This document shows, one piece after another, positions 47,801-60,165 of a DNA stretch of 64,000 bases. The stretch lies in the NCBI GenBank assembly GCA_017991415.1, contig JAGOQR010000002.1, positions 204,736-268,735 on the forward strand. Reading direction: 5' to 3'. The translations under genes and the position numbers were made by a program. The notes under the pieces are model-generated. The model was given only the letters and a program-made list of their open reading frames with translations. It was not told where the DNA came from and made no database searches. This DNA comes from Candidatus Magasanikiibacteriota bacterium (GTDB lineage: Bacteria > Patescibacteriota > Patescibacteriia > Magasanikbacterales > GWA2-37-8). Position 1 is the stretch's first letter; each line of letters opens with the position of its first letter.

Positions 47801-50800
47801 AGAAGTAGCTACGGCAGTTATTGTCGGATCCGTTGCCTGGGCTTCTCCCCCACCACCCTCACCTGCATCTTGAGCACCATTAGCACGACCATTAACAACC
47901 GAAGAAAATACCGAAATATTACCAGCCGAATCAGTTGTTTTTACCTTATAATAATAAAGCGTATCAGGAGTTATCGAGCTATCAGCAGTATAGTTGTCTG
48001 TAATAGATGAACTTGTCGCAATCGGTGTCCAAACAGATTGATCAAGGGATCTATAAATTCTATAATTTGCAAATCCTGGTGTAGGCGCTGTGACAACTTT
48101 CCAAGCTACAAACAAACGATAATCTGTTGCTCCATCTAAAACATTAGAAATATCTTGAACTATAGTACTCGAAGGTGTTTGTGGGGTAGTAGCAGAAGCT
48201 ATGGTTGACGTATTACCATATGCATCTTTAAACTGCACATACACGGTAGATGGATTAGTTGTAAGCGCAAAAGTAGTAGTAGGAGTTAACAGAGACCAAC
48301 TTGATACATCGGATAAAGAACTATTTTCCGAAACTTTCATATATAAAGTAGAGCTATCTACAGCCGTAAGGGTAATAAGCGCTGGCACTTGCGAACCATC
48401 TACTATTATCGTACCTGCAGCAGGAGCCACACTATCTATTTGAAAAGTAGGTGAAGTTGTAGCCGCAGTATTATTTGCAGCTTCATTATCATTTACCGTA
48501 ACGCGTATTCTACTATTTGCGATGCTTAATCCAGCGGGCACATTCCAAGTAACAGTAGAAGTAGTCCAGTTAACTGTACTCACACCAATGTTAGTTGTAG
48601 CGCCAGCAGAAAGTTGGTTAGCAGGTATTGCCTGATACGAACCTGCAGCATCTAGATATTCAAATGTAGAACTTACATAGCCTGGATTGGTAGTGCCAGT
48701 ATCGGTATCTGAATCACGCACTTGGTAAGCGATAGTTACTGTGCCATCCGCATTTTGACTAGCAACAACATTTTGAACTTCTGGGCTTGCATTAACTACA
48801 TAGGTTACCGTAACACTGCTCAAGGTTGGGGTAAATGCAGGGTTTGTAGTGGCAAGATATGCCTTGTATTGAAAATATCTATCACCCGAACCATCACGCA
48901 TAGTCGATGTCGTTGACTCTCCTGTATACGTTGTAAAATAAGTAGAATTAGTGCCATCAGGACCTACCCAAGTAGCAGCGCTCACACTGGATGTGGAAGA
49001 CCCTGTTCGTAATTGAAACTTAATAGTAGTACTTGTTGGCAATCCAGCAGGATTCCAAGCAATACTTGCAACTACATTAGTTGGATCAGCCGCATCATAA
49101 ATAGAAGAAATGAGAGAGCTTGATGTGGCATAGGAAGAATACAAAAGCGTCACGCTATCAAGTGATGGTGAGACACTCGTATCAGCAGTACTTAAAAATG
49201 CTTTATAACGCCAATAGCGTAAATTTTGTTGTAATGAGGTTGGGAAAGAAGTAGTGCCGTTGGTAGTAAAATATGTACCACTTGTCCCATCAGGACCAAC
49301 ATAATTCCATGTACTATTATCATTATTGGCAGCTAATTGAAACCTTATAGAATTTGAACCAACCCCTGACGGTGTTGAACTCGCCCAAGAAAGGGATTTC
49401 ATTCGCGCCGCGCCTAAATCCATAGTAGCCGAAGTAAAATTACCAGAAGAACTATATATGGTTTGACTCACCGTAAATTTGAATAATTCACTGTCATGAT
49501 TAGCAGTTAAAAAATAAAAAACTTCATCGCCAGGTCTTCGAAAAGCTGTTTTGTTTGGTGATCCGTATCCACCGTTATGGCCTGTTACTGTTGAATATGA
49601 AGTCCAACTATCACCACTGATTGAGTACCCCCATACTATGACTGGCGAACAACAACCCCATTCCCCCGTTACATAAATTATATCTTCTCCTGCGCTATGA
49701 ATTAAGGTTGAACCATAATCTGGATTTACAGAAGCTGCACTGGCCATAGTTGCCCACGAATTACCAGTGATTGAATAACGATAAAAACCGTTGTTAGCTA
49801 ACAGATAAATATAGTCACTTCCCTCATCATGAACAACCCCTGAATTTGTACCACTAATAGATACTGGCAAAGAAGCCATTGATGTATAAGAATTCCCAGA
49901 AATAGAGTAGCGATAAAAATTAGTGCCGTTTCCACTGACAATATACATGTAATCACTTGCACCATCTCGAACAACCTGAATGCCTACATCTGCTGCAGCA
50001 GGTAACGAAGTTAAACTATCCCAATTATTACCACTAATTGAATATCGATAAAAATCAGTTTGACCACTCCCTCTAAAAAGATATATATAATCTTCTGAGC
50101 CATAACGCAATGCCGCTGTTTGGGCAATACTGCTTGGAAGCGCAGCAGGAATACTTGCCATCGAAGACCACGAATTTCCAGAAATAGAATACCTATCAAA
50201 AGCAGTACTCTGGCCGCGAGCTAAATATATAAAATTATCAGAACCGTTCCATAGTAACTGACCACCGAAATAAGCCAGAGTATAATTTGAAAGGTTTGTC
50301 CATGAATTTCCAGAAATAGAATAGCGACGTAACGGAGCAGTATCGTTTGAACCTTCAATAACATATAAATAATCTGAACCTGCTGCACCCACCATCTGAG
50401 CTGCACCATGAAAAACCGCACCGCTCGCTGTAGATGTCGCGGTAACTCGATTTATCGTCTGAGTGCTACCTGATAATTTAACAGTGGCTGACAGACCACT
50501 TCCCACAACTGCAGCTGAAGAGACTGCACCGTTACTAAAACCACCGCCCGTGGCACTTCCTGTCGAAGAAAAAGTTCCATCATCAGTAGAGCTATAACTA
50601 CTACTTACAATGGAAACTGTAGTAGTACCTGTAGTAAAGGCATCGGTACTTGTTGAAAAATTAGTCCAGCCTGTTTGGTTGGCAGGATGCTCTATCACGG
50701 TTGTACTGACTCCCCCGCTCCAATCATTTTGCACAAAAGTATAGGTTGCAGCTTGAGCTATTTGCCCAGATTGGGGTTGAAATATATTTACCAAAATAAC

Positions 50801-50826
50801 AAGCAACAAAAACCAGGCCATGGCAG
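44825..50826 (-). CDS. Giant secreted/cell-surface protein (~2000 aa): N-terminal signal/TM, 6-7 Kelch-like beta-propeller blades (YRYSISGNSW repeats), then >10 FN3/purple-acid-phosphatase-N-like domains
   Basis: Repeats YxYSISGNSWxxxxS every ~50 aa, then repeated ITWTTxExAxSxVxYG...HxVxLxGLxxxTxYxFxV units. The likely start is MAWFLLLVILVNIF (ATG ~50826). The track ORF extends to a 51043 start. Confidence 0.7.
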
Positions 50827-51082
50827 GACGAAATTTTTTATTACCAAGTATATGACGAATATGATGTTGAAATCGAAACGAAAAAAACAACCTCTTTAAC
50901 TTTCTCTTAAGAAGAGTGGGATAAAAACTAAAAAATTTTTCTTTTCGCATATACCCAAAAAATGGAAGGAAAAAAATTACCTTGGCTTCAGCACAACTCT
51001 TATATTTATTTGATATTATTATACCATAAAAAACTGCAACCAACTACTTACAAACACCGATGTGGATAATTTTTAGGCAACT

Positions 51083-51116
51083 AAAAAACCAACAAGGTTT
51101 TCTTGTTGGTTTTTTA
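51083..51116. terminator. Bidirectional terminator AAAAAACCAACAAG-GTTTTC-CTTGTTGGTTTTTT after fusA
   Basis: Perfect 8-bp stem flanked by A6/T7 runs. Confidence 0.7.
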
Positions 51117-51128
51117 GTTAGAAGATTA

Positions 51129-53204
51129 TTATTTTTGAGCGCCAGCAATGATAGTTTCAGCTACATTTCTTGGTACTTCAGCATAATGCCCAAACTCCAT
51201 TGAGTAATTGGCACGTCCCTGACTCACACTGCGCAAAGTGGTTGCGTAACCAAACATACTTGCAAGCGGCACAATAGCTTTAATAACTTTAATCTGACCA
51301 CGATCAAACATTTCTTGAATTTGACCACGTTTAGAGTTTAAATCACCAATCACATCGCCCATATATGCTTCTGGAGTAGTAACTTCCACCTTCATGATAG
51401 GCTCCATAATAATTGGATTTGCTTTTTTACAAGCAGCTTGGAAAGCCATAGACCCTGCCATTTTGAATGACATTTCAGAGGAGTCCACTTCGTGGTATGA
51501 ACCATCATATACAGTAACTTTTAAATCTACCACTGGATAACCAGCTTGAATACCACGAGTAAGCGAACTCTTTACCCCTTTTTCAATTGCTGGGATAAAT
51601 TCTTTAGGAATAGACCCGCCTTTAGTATCATCTTCAAATTCATAACCTCCACCTTGCTCTTTTGGTTCTACTTTTAACCAACAATCCCCGTACTGACCCT
51701 TACCACCGGATTGTTTGATATATTTTCCTTGTGCTTCAGCAGAAATTTTAATTGTTTCCTTGTACGCTACTTGTGGCTTACCAACATTGGCTTCCACTTT
51801 AAATTCACGGCGCATACGATCTACCAAGATATCTAAGTGCAATTCACCCATACCAGCAATAATTGTCTGGAGTGTTTCTTCATCGGTATGCACGCGGAAT
51901 GTTGGATCTTCTTCAGCTAATTTTTGTAAAGCCATACCAATTTTTTCTTGGTCAGCTTTGGTTTTTGGCTCAATGGCCATAGAAATAACTGGCTCAGCAA
52001 AGGTTGGACGTTCCAAAACCATTGGCTTATCCTCATCACACAAAGTATCACCAGTACTTACTTCTTTAAGACCAATAGCGGCAGCAATTTCACCGGCATA
52101 CACTTCTTGCACGTCTTCACGCTGATTAGCATGCAACCGCACAATACGGCCTAAGCGTTCTTTACCGCCAGTACTGGAATTATATACATAACTACCAGCA
52201 GAAACGACACCAGAATATACGCGGAAGAAAATAAGTTTACCTACAAATGGATCAGTTGCAATCTTAAAGGCCAACGCACAAAATGGCTGCTTGTCATCTG
52301 GCAATCTTGTTTCTTCTGCTTCAGTATCAGGGTTAGTACCATTAATAGCTGGCACATCAGTTGGCGCAGGTAAATAATCTACCACGGCATCAAGCATGAG
52401 CTGGACGCCAATATTTGCCAAAGCCGAACCACACAATACTGGAAAGATTTGACTTTTAATTACTAAGCTACGAATACCAGCCTTAACTTCATCAACAGAA
52501 AAAGCTTCACCGCTTAGATATTTATTCATCATTTCATCACTAGCTTCGGCTACCTTTTCCATCATTTTAGCTCTATACTCTGCAACTTTTTCCTTCATGT
52601 CTTCAGGAATAGGGATTTCAATAATATTTTCACCTTTAGCTCCTTCAAATTTGAAAGCTTTTTCTTGTACGATATCTATCAAACCAGAAAAGGTACTATC
52701 AGATCCAATTGGCAATTGAATAGCGATAGCATTTTTAGACAAACGTTCAAGGATAGAATCGAGGCTCGCATAAAAATCAGCTCCCAATTTATCCATTTTG
52801 TTAATAAATACGATGCGAGGCACATTATATTTATCAGCCTGATGCCAAACAGTTTCAGATTGTGGCTCCACACCTTGGGAAGCGTCAAAAGCTGCAACAG
52901 CACCATCGAGCACACGTAAAGAACGCTCTACTTCTACAGTAAAGTCTACGTGACCAGGAGTATCAATCAAATTGATGCGGTGGCCTTTCCAAAAACAAGT
53001 AGTAGCGGCAGAGGTAATAGTAATACCACGTTCTTTTTCCTGTTCCATCCAGTCCATAGTAGCTTCACCTTCATGCACTTCACCAATTTTGTGTTTTTTA
53101 CCAGTATAGAACAATACGCGTTCGGAAGTAGTAGTTTTACCAGCATCAATGTGGGCCATGATACCGATATTACGAGTTTTTTCTATGGGAAATTCACGAG
53201 CCAT
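51129..53204 (-). CDS. fusA: Elongation factor G
   Basis: [23 protein letters not shown]; 691 aa. Confidence 0.97.
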   Translation of the reverse strand: MAREFPIEKTRNIGIMAHIDAGKTTTSERVLFYTGKKHKIGEVHEGEATMDWMEQEKERGITITSAATTCFWKGHRINLIDTPGHVDFTVEVERSLRVLDGAVAAFDASQGVEPQSETVWHQADKYNVPRIVFINKMDKLGADFYASLDSILERLSKNAIAIQLPIGSDSTFSGLIDIVQEKAFKFEGAKGENIIEIPIPEDMKEKVAEYRAKMMEKVAEASDEMMNKYLSGEAFSVDEVKAGIRSLVIKSQIFPVLCGSALANIGVQLMLDAVVDYLPAPTDVPAINGTNPDTEAEETRLPDDKQPFCALAFKIATDPFVGKLIFFRVYSGVVSAGSYVYNSSTGGKERLGRIVRLHANQREDVQEVYAGEIAAAIGLKEVSTGDTLCDEDKPMVLERPTFAEPVISMAIEPKTKADQEKIGMALQKLAEEDPTFRVHTDEETLQTIIAGMGELHLDILVDRMRREFKVEANVGKPQVAYKETIKISAEAQGKYIKQSGGKGQYGDCWLKVEPKEQGGGYEFEDDTKGGSIPKEFIPAIEKGVKSSLTRGIQAGYPVVDLKVTVYDGSYHEVDSSEMSFKMAGSMAFQAACKKANPIIMEPIMKVEVTTPEAYMGDVIGDLNSKRGQIQEMFDRGQIKVIKAIVPLASMFGYATTLRSVSQGRANYSMEFGHYAEVPRNVAETIIAGAQK

Positions 53205-53293
53205 ACAATTTAAAATTATTTACGATAATAATTGAAAGAAAAATAAATTAAATTTACTTTTCCGAAGGAGTAAATATGTAGAGTGAGAACTTT

Positions 53294-53770
53294 TTATTTC
53301 GCAAATCTGGCAAAGTGAGCAAACGCTTTATTAGCTTCGGCCATTCTATGAACGTCATCACGTTTTTTGATAGCATCGCCTACACCCTGAGCACTGTCCA
53401 TAAGTACGGTAGCCAATTTGTCGGCCATTGCTTGGCCTTTTTTATTTCGAGCTGCCTCTACAATCCAGCGGAACGTAAGCGCATTTTGGCGACTCACACT
53501 TACTGGCATAGGCACTTGGTAGTTAGCACCACCAACACGACGAGAACGAACCTCAACCTGAGGTTGTACTGTTTTAATAGCTTCTTCAAAAGTCTTCATT
53601 GGATCTTTTTTAGCAGCTACAATTTTATCAAAAGCAGAATACACAATTGTTTGTGCAACTGTTTTTTTACCGCCCATCATTATATGGTTAATAAATTTTG
53701 CGAGTACTACACTGCCAAATTTTGGATCAGCAGCTATCTCTCTTTTATAATCTGTTTTTCCACCGCGCAT
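53294..53770 (-). CDS. rpsG: 30S ribosomal protein S7
   Basis: Canonical S7; 158 aa. Confidence 0.95.
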   Translation of the reverse strand: MRGGKTDYKREIAADPKFGSVVLAKFINHIMMGGKKTVAQTIVYSAFDKIVAAKKDPMKTFEEAIKTVQPQVEVRSRRVGGANYQVPMPVSVSRQNALTFRWIVEAARNKKGQAMADKLATVLMDSAQGVGDAIKKRDDVHRMAEANKAFAHFARFAK

Positions 53771-53809
53771 AAAATTAAAGTATTAGGTTGAGTTATGTAA
53801 TGCCAAAAA

Positions 53810-54235
53810 TTATTTCTTAGCTTTTGGTCTCTTTGCTCCGTATAGACTACGGCCTTTGCGTCTTCCTTCTACACCTTGGGCATCATAAACACCACGTACG
53901 ATATGATAGCGCACACCTGGTAAATCTTTTACACGACCACCGCGAAGCAATACGATTGAGTGCTCCTGTAAGTTGTGTCCTTCTCCTGGAATATAGGCAA
54001 TAACTTCCATACCATTGGACAAACGTACTTTGGCTACTTTACGTAACGCAGAGTTAGGTTTTTTAGGAGTAGTTGTATACACCTTGGTGCAAACGCCTCT
54101 TTTAAAAGAGGATCCTTTGGCAAAAATGGTTTTGCGTCTGTGCAAGTTGTCTACGGTAAACTGAAGAGCCGGCACTTTGCTTTTGCGCACTTTGCTGGTT
54201 CTGCCTTTGCGAATTAACTGGTTAATTGTTGGCAT
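53810..54235 (-). CDS. rpsL: 30S ribosomal protein S12
   Basis: [12 protein letters not shown]...[13 protein letters not shown] (wild-type Lys at the streptomycin-resistance hotspot). Confidence 0.95.
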   Translation of the reverse strand: MPTINQLIRKGRTSKVRKSKVPALQFTVDNLHRRKTIFAKGSSFKRGVCTKVYTTTPKKPNSALRKVAKVRLSNGMEVIAYIPGEGHNLQEHSIVLLRGGRVKDLPGVRYHIVRGVYDAQGVEGRRKGRSLYGAKRPKAKK

Positions 54236-54354
54236 ACGGTATGTTAAATTTCTAAATTTTATAATTAAACAAAAAAACTGAACGAAATGTGCTCAGCCAC
54301 GAGTCTTTTTCTCGAATTTGTCGAGAACCCCAAATCGGGGACGTTCTAAAGACG

Positions 54355-54383
54355 AGTATATAGGAATAGCAAAAAAATGTCAA
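54355..54383 (-). promoter_or_regulatory. Promoter TTGACA-17-TATACT for rpsL-rpsG-fusA with a structured ~110-nt leader
   Basis: Minus strand cTTGACAtttttttgctattcctaTATACT. The leader contains CCCCGAUUUGGGG and UUCUCGACAAAUUCGAGAA hairpins. Confidence 0.55.
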
Positions 54384-54385
54384 GG

Positions 54386-54985
54386 CTATATCTTTGGAAT
54401 AGGGCCCGTCCTTTCATTTGCCTGAGCCAAAACTTTTAATACAGCCCTACTTACAGCATCCTTAAAACCACCGCTTGAGGTAAGGCCGAAGGTTTGGACC
54501 ATATCGTACGCATCTGCGTGATTTTTTGTATTTGGGTTATTTAAAAAAGCCATAACATTTTGCAAGGATGCTATATAACTTTCTACAGCTATCGGAACAC
54601 CCGAGCTAGTTTTAAAAACACTTAACGGGTATCCTTTTCTATCTTGCAAACCTACAAATGGCTTATTTTGTTCTAATACAAAACTTAACCTCCTCATTAT
54701 AAGTTCTAAATCCTGATCCTGAGAAAAATCTGGAGCCATTGCTCGCACCACTGCTTCGCGCAGACCATAATCTTCGGGTATAGCGGCAATTGTTGCAGGT
54801 GACAAAACCCAGCCCTTAAAATATTCTGCTCTAGCTTGCAAAACCATTACAGGATTTATCTCTTTAATATTCGCTAAAGCAGGAATATTGAATGTATTAA
54901 TAATTTCATCGAAATTTTTTGCATCATCAAAATATGGCAATTTTCCTTCTTTTCCTTCCCAACCACCTCTTACTCTCTCGGTCAT
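54386..54985 (-). CDS. Hypothetical protein (199 aa), paralog of the 55525-56211 product
   Basis: Shares a ~110-aa region with its paralog (GLREAVVRAMAPDFSQD..QNKPFVGLQDRKGYPLSVFKTSSG...VMAFL vs GLREAIVKLMMPDFSSD..QNKELQGLGDKEGVQVSVLKTSKG...VIAFL). No known family recognised. Confidence 0.5.
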   Translation of the reverse strand: MTERVRGGWEGKEGKLPYFDDAKNFDEIINTFNIPALANIKEINPVMVLQARAEYFKGWVLSPATIAAIPEDYGLREAVVRAMAPDFSQDQDLELIMRRLSFVLEQNKPFVGLQDRKGYPLSVFKTSSGVPIAVESYIASLQNVMAFLNNPNTKNHADAYDMVQTFGLTSSGGFKDAVSRAVLKVLAQANERTGPIPKI

Positions 54986-54991
54986 ATAAAA

Positions 54992-55510
54992 TTAATTTAA
55001 TAAATCTTCAGCATACTTGCCTTTTGGATCAAGCACGTCCCCCTGTAATTTAAATTCTCCTGTATCGGTTTTTAGCATTATGTTAAGCACCGCTTCTTTA
55101 CCTGCTGCAGTTGTAATTTTAACTGATCTTTTGGTATCAACAAGCGGTCTACCAGCGGCTTTCATCTCATCTAAAAAGATGCCATCATGAAAAGCGAATT
55201 CTGCGGCTTTATCCTGCATTTTTTTTATTAAATTTTTTGCCTCTGGCTCTGATAAGGCTTGGGCACCAGAAACTTCTATTAGTAATTTTCTTAAGGCAAT
55301 ATCGACATCAGTAAAATCTTTCTCCTTCATTTTCATGGCCACCTGCTCTTGACTGGCAGTATCAAGAGGTTTTTCTTCACTTTCTTCATCTTCTTTATTA
55401 TTAATTTCCCCTTCCACTTCGGGCTTTACACCCGATTCTATGGGAATCTTAAACATGGGCGGCACTTCTCTGCCGTTTCTTTCATATTGTTGTGGGGATA
55501 CACCTTCCAT
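54992..55510 (-). CDS. Hypothetical protein (172 aa), acidic N-terminus
   Basis: Intact ORF tightly packed (6 and 14 bp gaps) between the two paralogs. Confidence 0.45.
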   Translation of the reverse strand: MEGVSPQQYERNGREVPPMFKIPIESGVKPEVEGEINNKEDEESEEKPLDTASQEQVAMKMKEKDFTDVDIALRKLLIEVSGAQALSEPEAKNLIKKMQDKAAEFAFHDGIFLDEMKAAGRPLVDTKRSVKITTAAGKEAVLNIMLKTDTGEFKLQGDVLDPKGKYAEDLLN

Positions 55511-55524
55511 AGAAAAAATTATAG

Positions 55525-56211
55525 CTAAAGAACCTGTATATTATACCAAAAAATCACCAAAAAGTCAACCTGACTTTGATCAAAATTTCTACTTAAGACT
55601 ATTTGTTTACTCTTTAAAAATTCATTCTCTAAAGCCCTGTACACAGCCTCTCGCAACCCTCCATTTCTTGTAAAAATTACCCGTTGTCCAAAATTAACTT
55701 TCACCATTTTGAGCTTGCTGGGATACTCAGATGTACCTTTAAACTCTTGCAGAAAAGCGATTACTCTCTTTAATTCATCAATACATAAATCAAAATCAAG
55801 AGAACCACCCTTAGAAGTTTTTAAAACAGATACCTGAACACCTTCCTTATCGCCCAATCCTTGCAACTCCTTATTTTGTTGAGCAGTTTTTTCTAGTCGC
55901 ACCAAAATTTCTTCAAAACTGTTGTCACTAGAAAAATCAGGCATCATAAGTTTCACAATTGCCTCTCGCAGCCCAAGCGCTGGTGTAATTCTTTCCATAA
56001 TTGCTTTTGCAACCACTCCTCCTTGCTCAAATATTGTTTGCGCTTCAACGACTGCTTCGCGATCTATTATTATTTTATTGCCACGAGCATCCATTAAATT
56101 GTGAGATATATTGTCGACTACTAAAACGATTTGTAAAAAATTTTTATTACTAAAAAAATCTTTCTTTTCACCAATTCCATACCTCATTTCTCTTAACATA
56201 AATAAAAACAA
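55525..56211 (-). CDS. Hypothetical protein (228 aa), paralog of the 54386-54985 product
   Basis: See the paralog entry. Also contains an internal second GGLREAVYRAL motif. Confidence 0.5.
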   Translation of the reverse strand: MFLFMLREMRYGIGEKKDFFSNKNFLQIVLVVDNISHNLMDARGNKIIIDREAVVEAQTIFEQGGVVAKAIMERITPALGLREAIVKLMMPDFSSDNSFEEILVRLEKTAQQNKELQGLGDKEGVQVSVLKTSKGGSLDFDLCIDELKRVIAFLQEFKGTSEYPSKLKMVKVNFGQRVIFTRNGGLREAVYRALENEFLKSKQIVLSRNFDQSQVDFLVIFWYNIQVL

Positions 56212-56219
56212 TATATAAA

Positions 56220-58286
56220 TTATAGATCATCAAGACTTCGCAAAAAGCTACCTGGCTTAATCTTTAAGGGTTTATTCTCGTCAATATATGTCACACCAGC
56301 TTCTTCGTCATTAAGAACAAGGCCACTGCTGGTTGATAACAAAGAATGATCATCTAATAGATGAGAACTAATTTCTCCCAAGAATATACTGGGGCCAGAT
56401 AGTGAATCACCAAAGCCGCCGCCTACCATAGGATAGGTAAGATGTAGATGTTTTTTGGCACGTGTAATAGCGACATACAATAACCGACGCTCCTCTTCTA
56501 GGCCGTTACGCTCGTTGAGACTACGGTCACTTGGAAAAGCGCCTGCTGCCAAATTAATAATAAAAACAGCGGACCATTCTAACCCTTTGGCTTGATGCAC
56601 AGTGGAAAGCACAACCCTTGGGCCTGCCTGTCCGGTAGGCAGGCCAGAACTGGTTCTTTGCTGATTACCCTTTGTTCCAAACCCTTCTTGCAAACTAGCT
56701 TCGGCCAAAAACTCTTCTAGCTCGGTATATTTTTTGGCAAATACTTGCAGTTGCACGACATCTTCTATTCGATCACGACTATCAACAAACTCGGCCTCGA
56801 GATAGTCTTTGTATGGGGAACTTAAAATAGCATCTATCAAACCAGAAGGGTCGTTATGACTTTTGACCAGCATGCTTTCCAAAATTCGCACAAAATTATT
56901 CCAACCCTGCTTTGCTTTTTCTCCCAGCATATTTTGGCCAATAATTTTGACCTCTTCTACACTCTCAGCTTTTTTAACTGCTTCTATAATTTTGCTTGCG
57001 GCCACAGGTCCGATTCCTTCCTCGTGCATAAGCACCCGCATCCACGCAGCCGTATCTGCCAAGTTATTTATAATTCGTAAATAAGCCAACACATCTTTTA
57101 TGTGTGCGCGTTCAAAAAAACGTAAGCCTCCTCGATAGTCATATTCGATCCCCGCTTTTACGAGTTCCATTTCAAGCAATTGCGAGTGATGACTCGCACG
57201 AAAGAGTACGGCAATTTCGTTTGGAGGCACACCCTTATCTATTAATTCTAAAATTTTTCCTGTGACAAATTCTGCTTCGTCGGCTTGATCCATCTTGGGA
57301 TGCAGGGTTGGTTTTTCTCCACTTTTAGAAATAGTTTTTAATTGTTTTTTAAATTGATTTGCATTATTACTAATCACATCATTGGCCACTTCCAAAATTT
57401 CCTGGCTGGATCGGTAATTTGTTTCTAGTTTGGAAATTTTGGCAGCAGGATATTTTTTTTCAAATTGTAAAATATTAGAAATATCGGCCGCACGAAACGA
57501 ATAAATACTCTGGGCGTCATCGCCTACGACCAATAAATTGCCGTGTATCGACGCCAATTTATTAATAATAGAAGATTGAATTTTATTAGTATCCTGATAC
57601 TCATCTACCAAAATATATTGAAATTGCTGCGCATATTTTTTGAGCGCTGGCTCGTGATTAAGAAGTGCCGAAAAATTGACGAGCAGATCATCGAAGTCCA
57701 TAGCATTGGCTTCTTTCTTTTTTACACTATACTCCTGCGCAATACTTTTGATACTATCTGCAAAAATCATCCACTGCGGATATTTGAGGTCGAGCACATC
57801 TTCTACGGTTGTCTCCGAATTGCGAGCAAAACTAATAAGCGACTGCAAAACACGGGCCGAAGGAAATTTGACCCTGCCCGTATCTGTCTTAAATGGCTTG
57901 GCACATAATTTCAAAATCGTTTCACTATCATCACTATCAAGCACAGAAAAATTATTTTTATAACCAAGGAGCGGCGCGTAGATACGCAAAATTCTATAGG
58001 CAATATGATGAAAAGTTCCTGCCCATGGCAACCTACTGGCCGAACCAGTAAGGTGCTGCACGCGACGAATCATTTCGTCGGAGGCTTTGTTGGTAAACGT
58101 AACGAGCAATATATTTTCTGGAGCAATACCTTTTTCGAGCAAATATGCTACGCGATACGTTATCACGCGTGTCTTGCCACTACCCGCTCCAGCAAGCACT
58201 AAACACGGCCCGTCACCGTGCAAGACTGGTTCGAGCTGTTCGGAATTGAGTTCAGCCGAAAAATTAATCATAATCAAATAATACAC
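56220..58286 (-). CDS. pcrA: ATP-dependent DNA helicase, UvrD/PcrA family
   Basis: Motif I LVLAGAGSGKTRVITYRVAYLL, motifs II-VI (VDEYQDTN, ...VHQAKGLEW); 688 aa. Confidence 0.9.
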   Translation of the reverse strand: MYYLIMINFSAELNSEQLEPVLHGDGPCLVLAGAGSGKTRVITYRVAYLLEKGIAPENILLVTFTNKASDEMIRRVQHLTGSASRLPWAGTFHHIAYRILRIYAPLLGYKNNFSVLDSDDSETILKLCAKPFKTDTGRVKFPSARVLQSLISFARNSETTVEDVLDLKYPQWMIFADSIKSIAQEYSVKKKEANAMDFDDLLVNFSALLNHEPALKKYAQQFQYILVDEYQDTNKIQSSIINKLASIHGNLLVVGDDAQSIYSFRAADISNILQFEKKYPAAKISKLETNYRSSQEILEVANDVISNNANQFKKQLKTISKSGEKPTLHPKMDQADEAEFVTGKILELIDKGVPPNEIAVLFRASHHSQLLEMELVKAGIEYDYRGGLRFFERAHIKDVLAYLRIINNLADTAAWMRVLMHEEGIGPVAASKIIEAVKKAESVEEVKIIGQNMLGEKAKQGWNNFVRILESMLVKSHNDPSGLIDAILSSPYKDYLEAEFVDSRDRIEDVVQLQVFAKKYTELEEFLAEASLQEGFGTKGNQQRTSSGLPTGQAGPRVVLSTVHQAKGLEWSAVFIINLAAGAFPSDRSLNERNGLEEERRLLYVAITRAKKHLHLTYPMVGGGFGDSLSGPSIFLGEISSHLLDDHSLLSTSSGLVLNDEEAGVTYIDENKPLKIKPGSFLRSLDDL

Positions 58287-58295
58287 ACCACCTAA

Positions 58296-58829
58296 TTATG
58301 CCAATTTTTGTTTCTTTGAAAAATTAGTATTTAGATGTTGATTGAGCTGGGTCATAATACTAGGAAAGGGACCTTGAAACTCTTTGTGCACGTCAAATGT
58401 TTGACCCTTTTTAACAAACAATTTTAATATATATTTTTTTCCATCTCCCAAAGGCACCAAATCAAACTTAAATTCTCCCACAAAACTATCAAGCAATTTT
58501 CTTACAGATCGATTTAACCCCGCTTCAACAGCAGCATCACCTCTTTTTACATCTGCAGCTTTTGCTTGAGCAGGATCGCTCTCGGTAAGGCCTCTATAAT
58601 GAACGCCAAACCCTTTTCTAGCACTAGATCCTCGTTTTGGATCACTCGGCTCAACAACTTCTTTTTTTTGAAGCGCAGCTGCTTTTTTTTGCTGAGTTCT
58701 TTCCTCTAACATTGCAGCCCTTCTTTCTGCAGCCGCTTTATCTAAATCTGCTTTTTCTTCTGCAGTTAAATCTGCCCCATCATCGTAGGCGTCTGGATTA
58801 TACCCTGATTTTTCTCCTGACATACTCAT
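58296..58829 (-). CDS. Hypothetical protein (177 aa), charged N-terminal half
   Basis: Intact ORF, 9 bp upstream of the helicase gene. Divergent from tgt. Confidence 0.4.
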   Translation of the reverse strand: MSMSGEKSGYNPDAYDDGADLTAEEKADLDKAAAERRAAMLEERTQQKKAAALQKKEVVEPSDPKRGSSARKGFGVHYRGLTESDPAQAKAADVKRGDAAVEAGLNRSVRKLLDSFVGEFKFDLVPLGDGKKYILKLFVKKGQTFDVHKEFQGPFPSIMTQLNQHLNTNFSKKQKLA

Positions 58830-58897
58830 ATATTTTATCTACTAAACAACCACATACTACCATACCTTGATTGTTTGCACAAAATAGCTTACTATGA

Positions 58898-60067
<1,170 letters not shown>

Positions 60068-60069
60068 TA

Positions 60070-60096
60070 AAAAATCCCCCTTCGGGGATTTTTTAT
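60070..60096 (+). terminator. tgt terminator AAAAATCCCC-TTCG-GGGGATTTTTT
   Basis: Perfect stem plus T-run 2 nt after the tgt stop. Confidence 0.75.
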
Positions 60097-60130
60097 TAGC
60101 TAAAATAAGCAAAATTTTAATAGCCTACCC

Positions 60131-60159
60131 TTGACTTTTACTAAAAAAAGTATTACTAT
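60131..60159 (+). promoter_or_regulatory. Promoter TTGACT-17-TACTAT immediately upstream of the GC-rich element
   Basis: ttgactTTTACTAAAAAAAGTATtactat. The predicted TSS is ~60166. Confidence 0.5.
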
Positions 60160-60165
60160 CTAGCC

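Noticed and set aside
50827-51043. 72-aa N-terminal extension of the giant surface protein (track start 51043).
   Set aside because: The extension is Lys/Phe-rich low-complexity, and a canonical signal/TM segment (MAWFLLLVILVNIF) begins at the internal ATG at ~50826. The upstream part is more likely 5' UTR.
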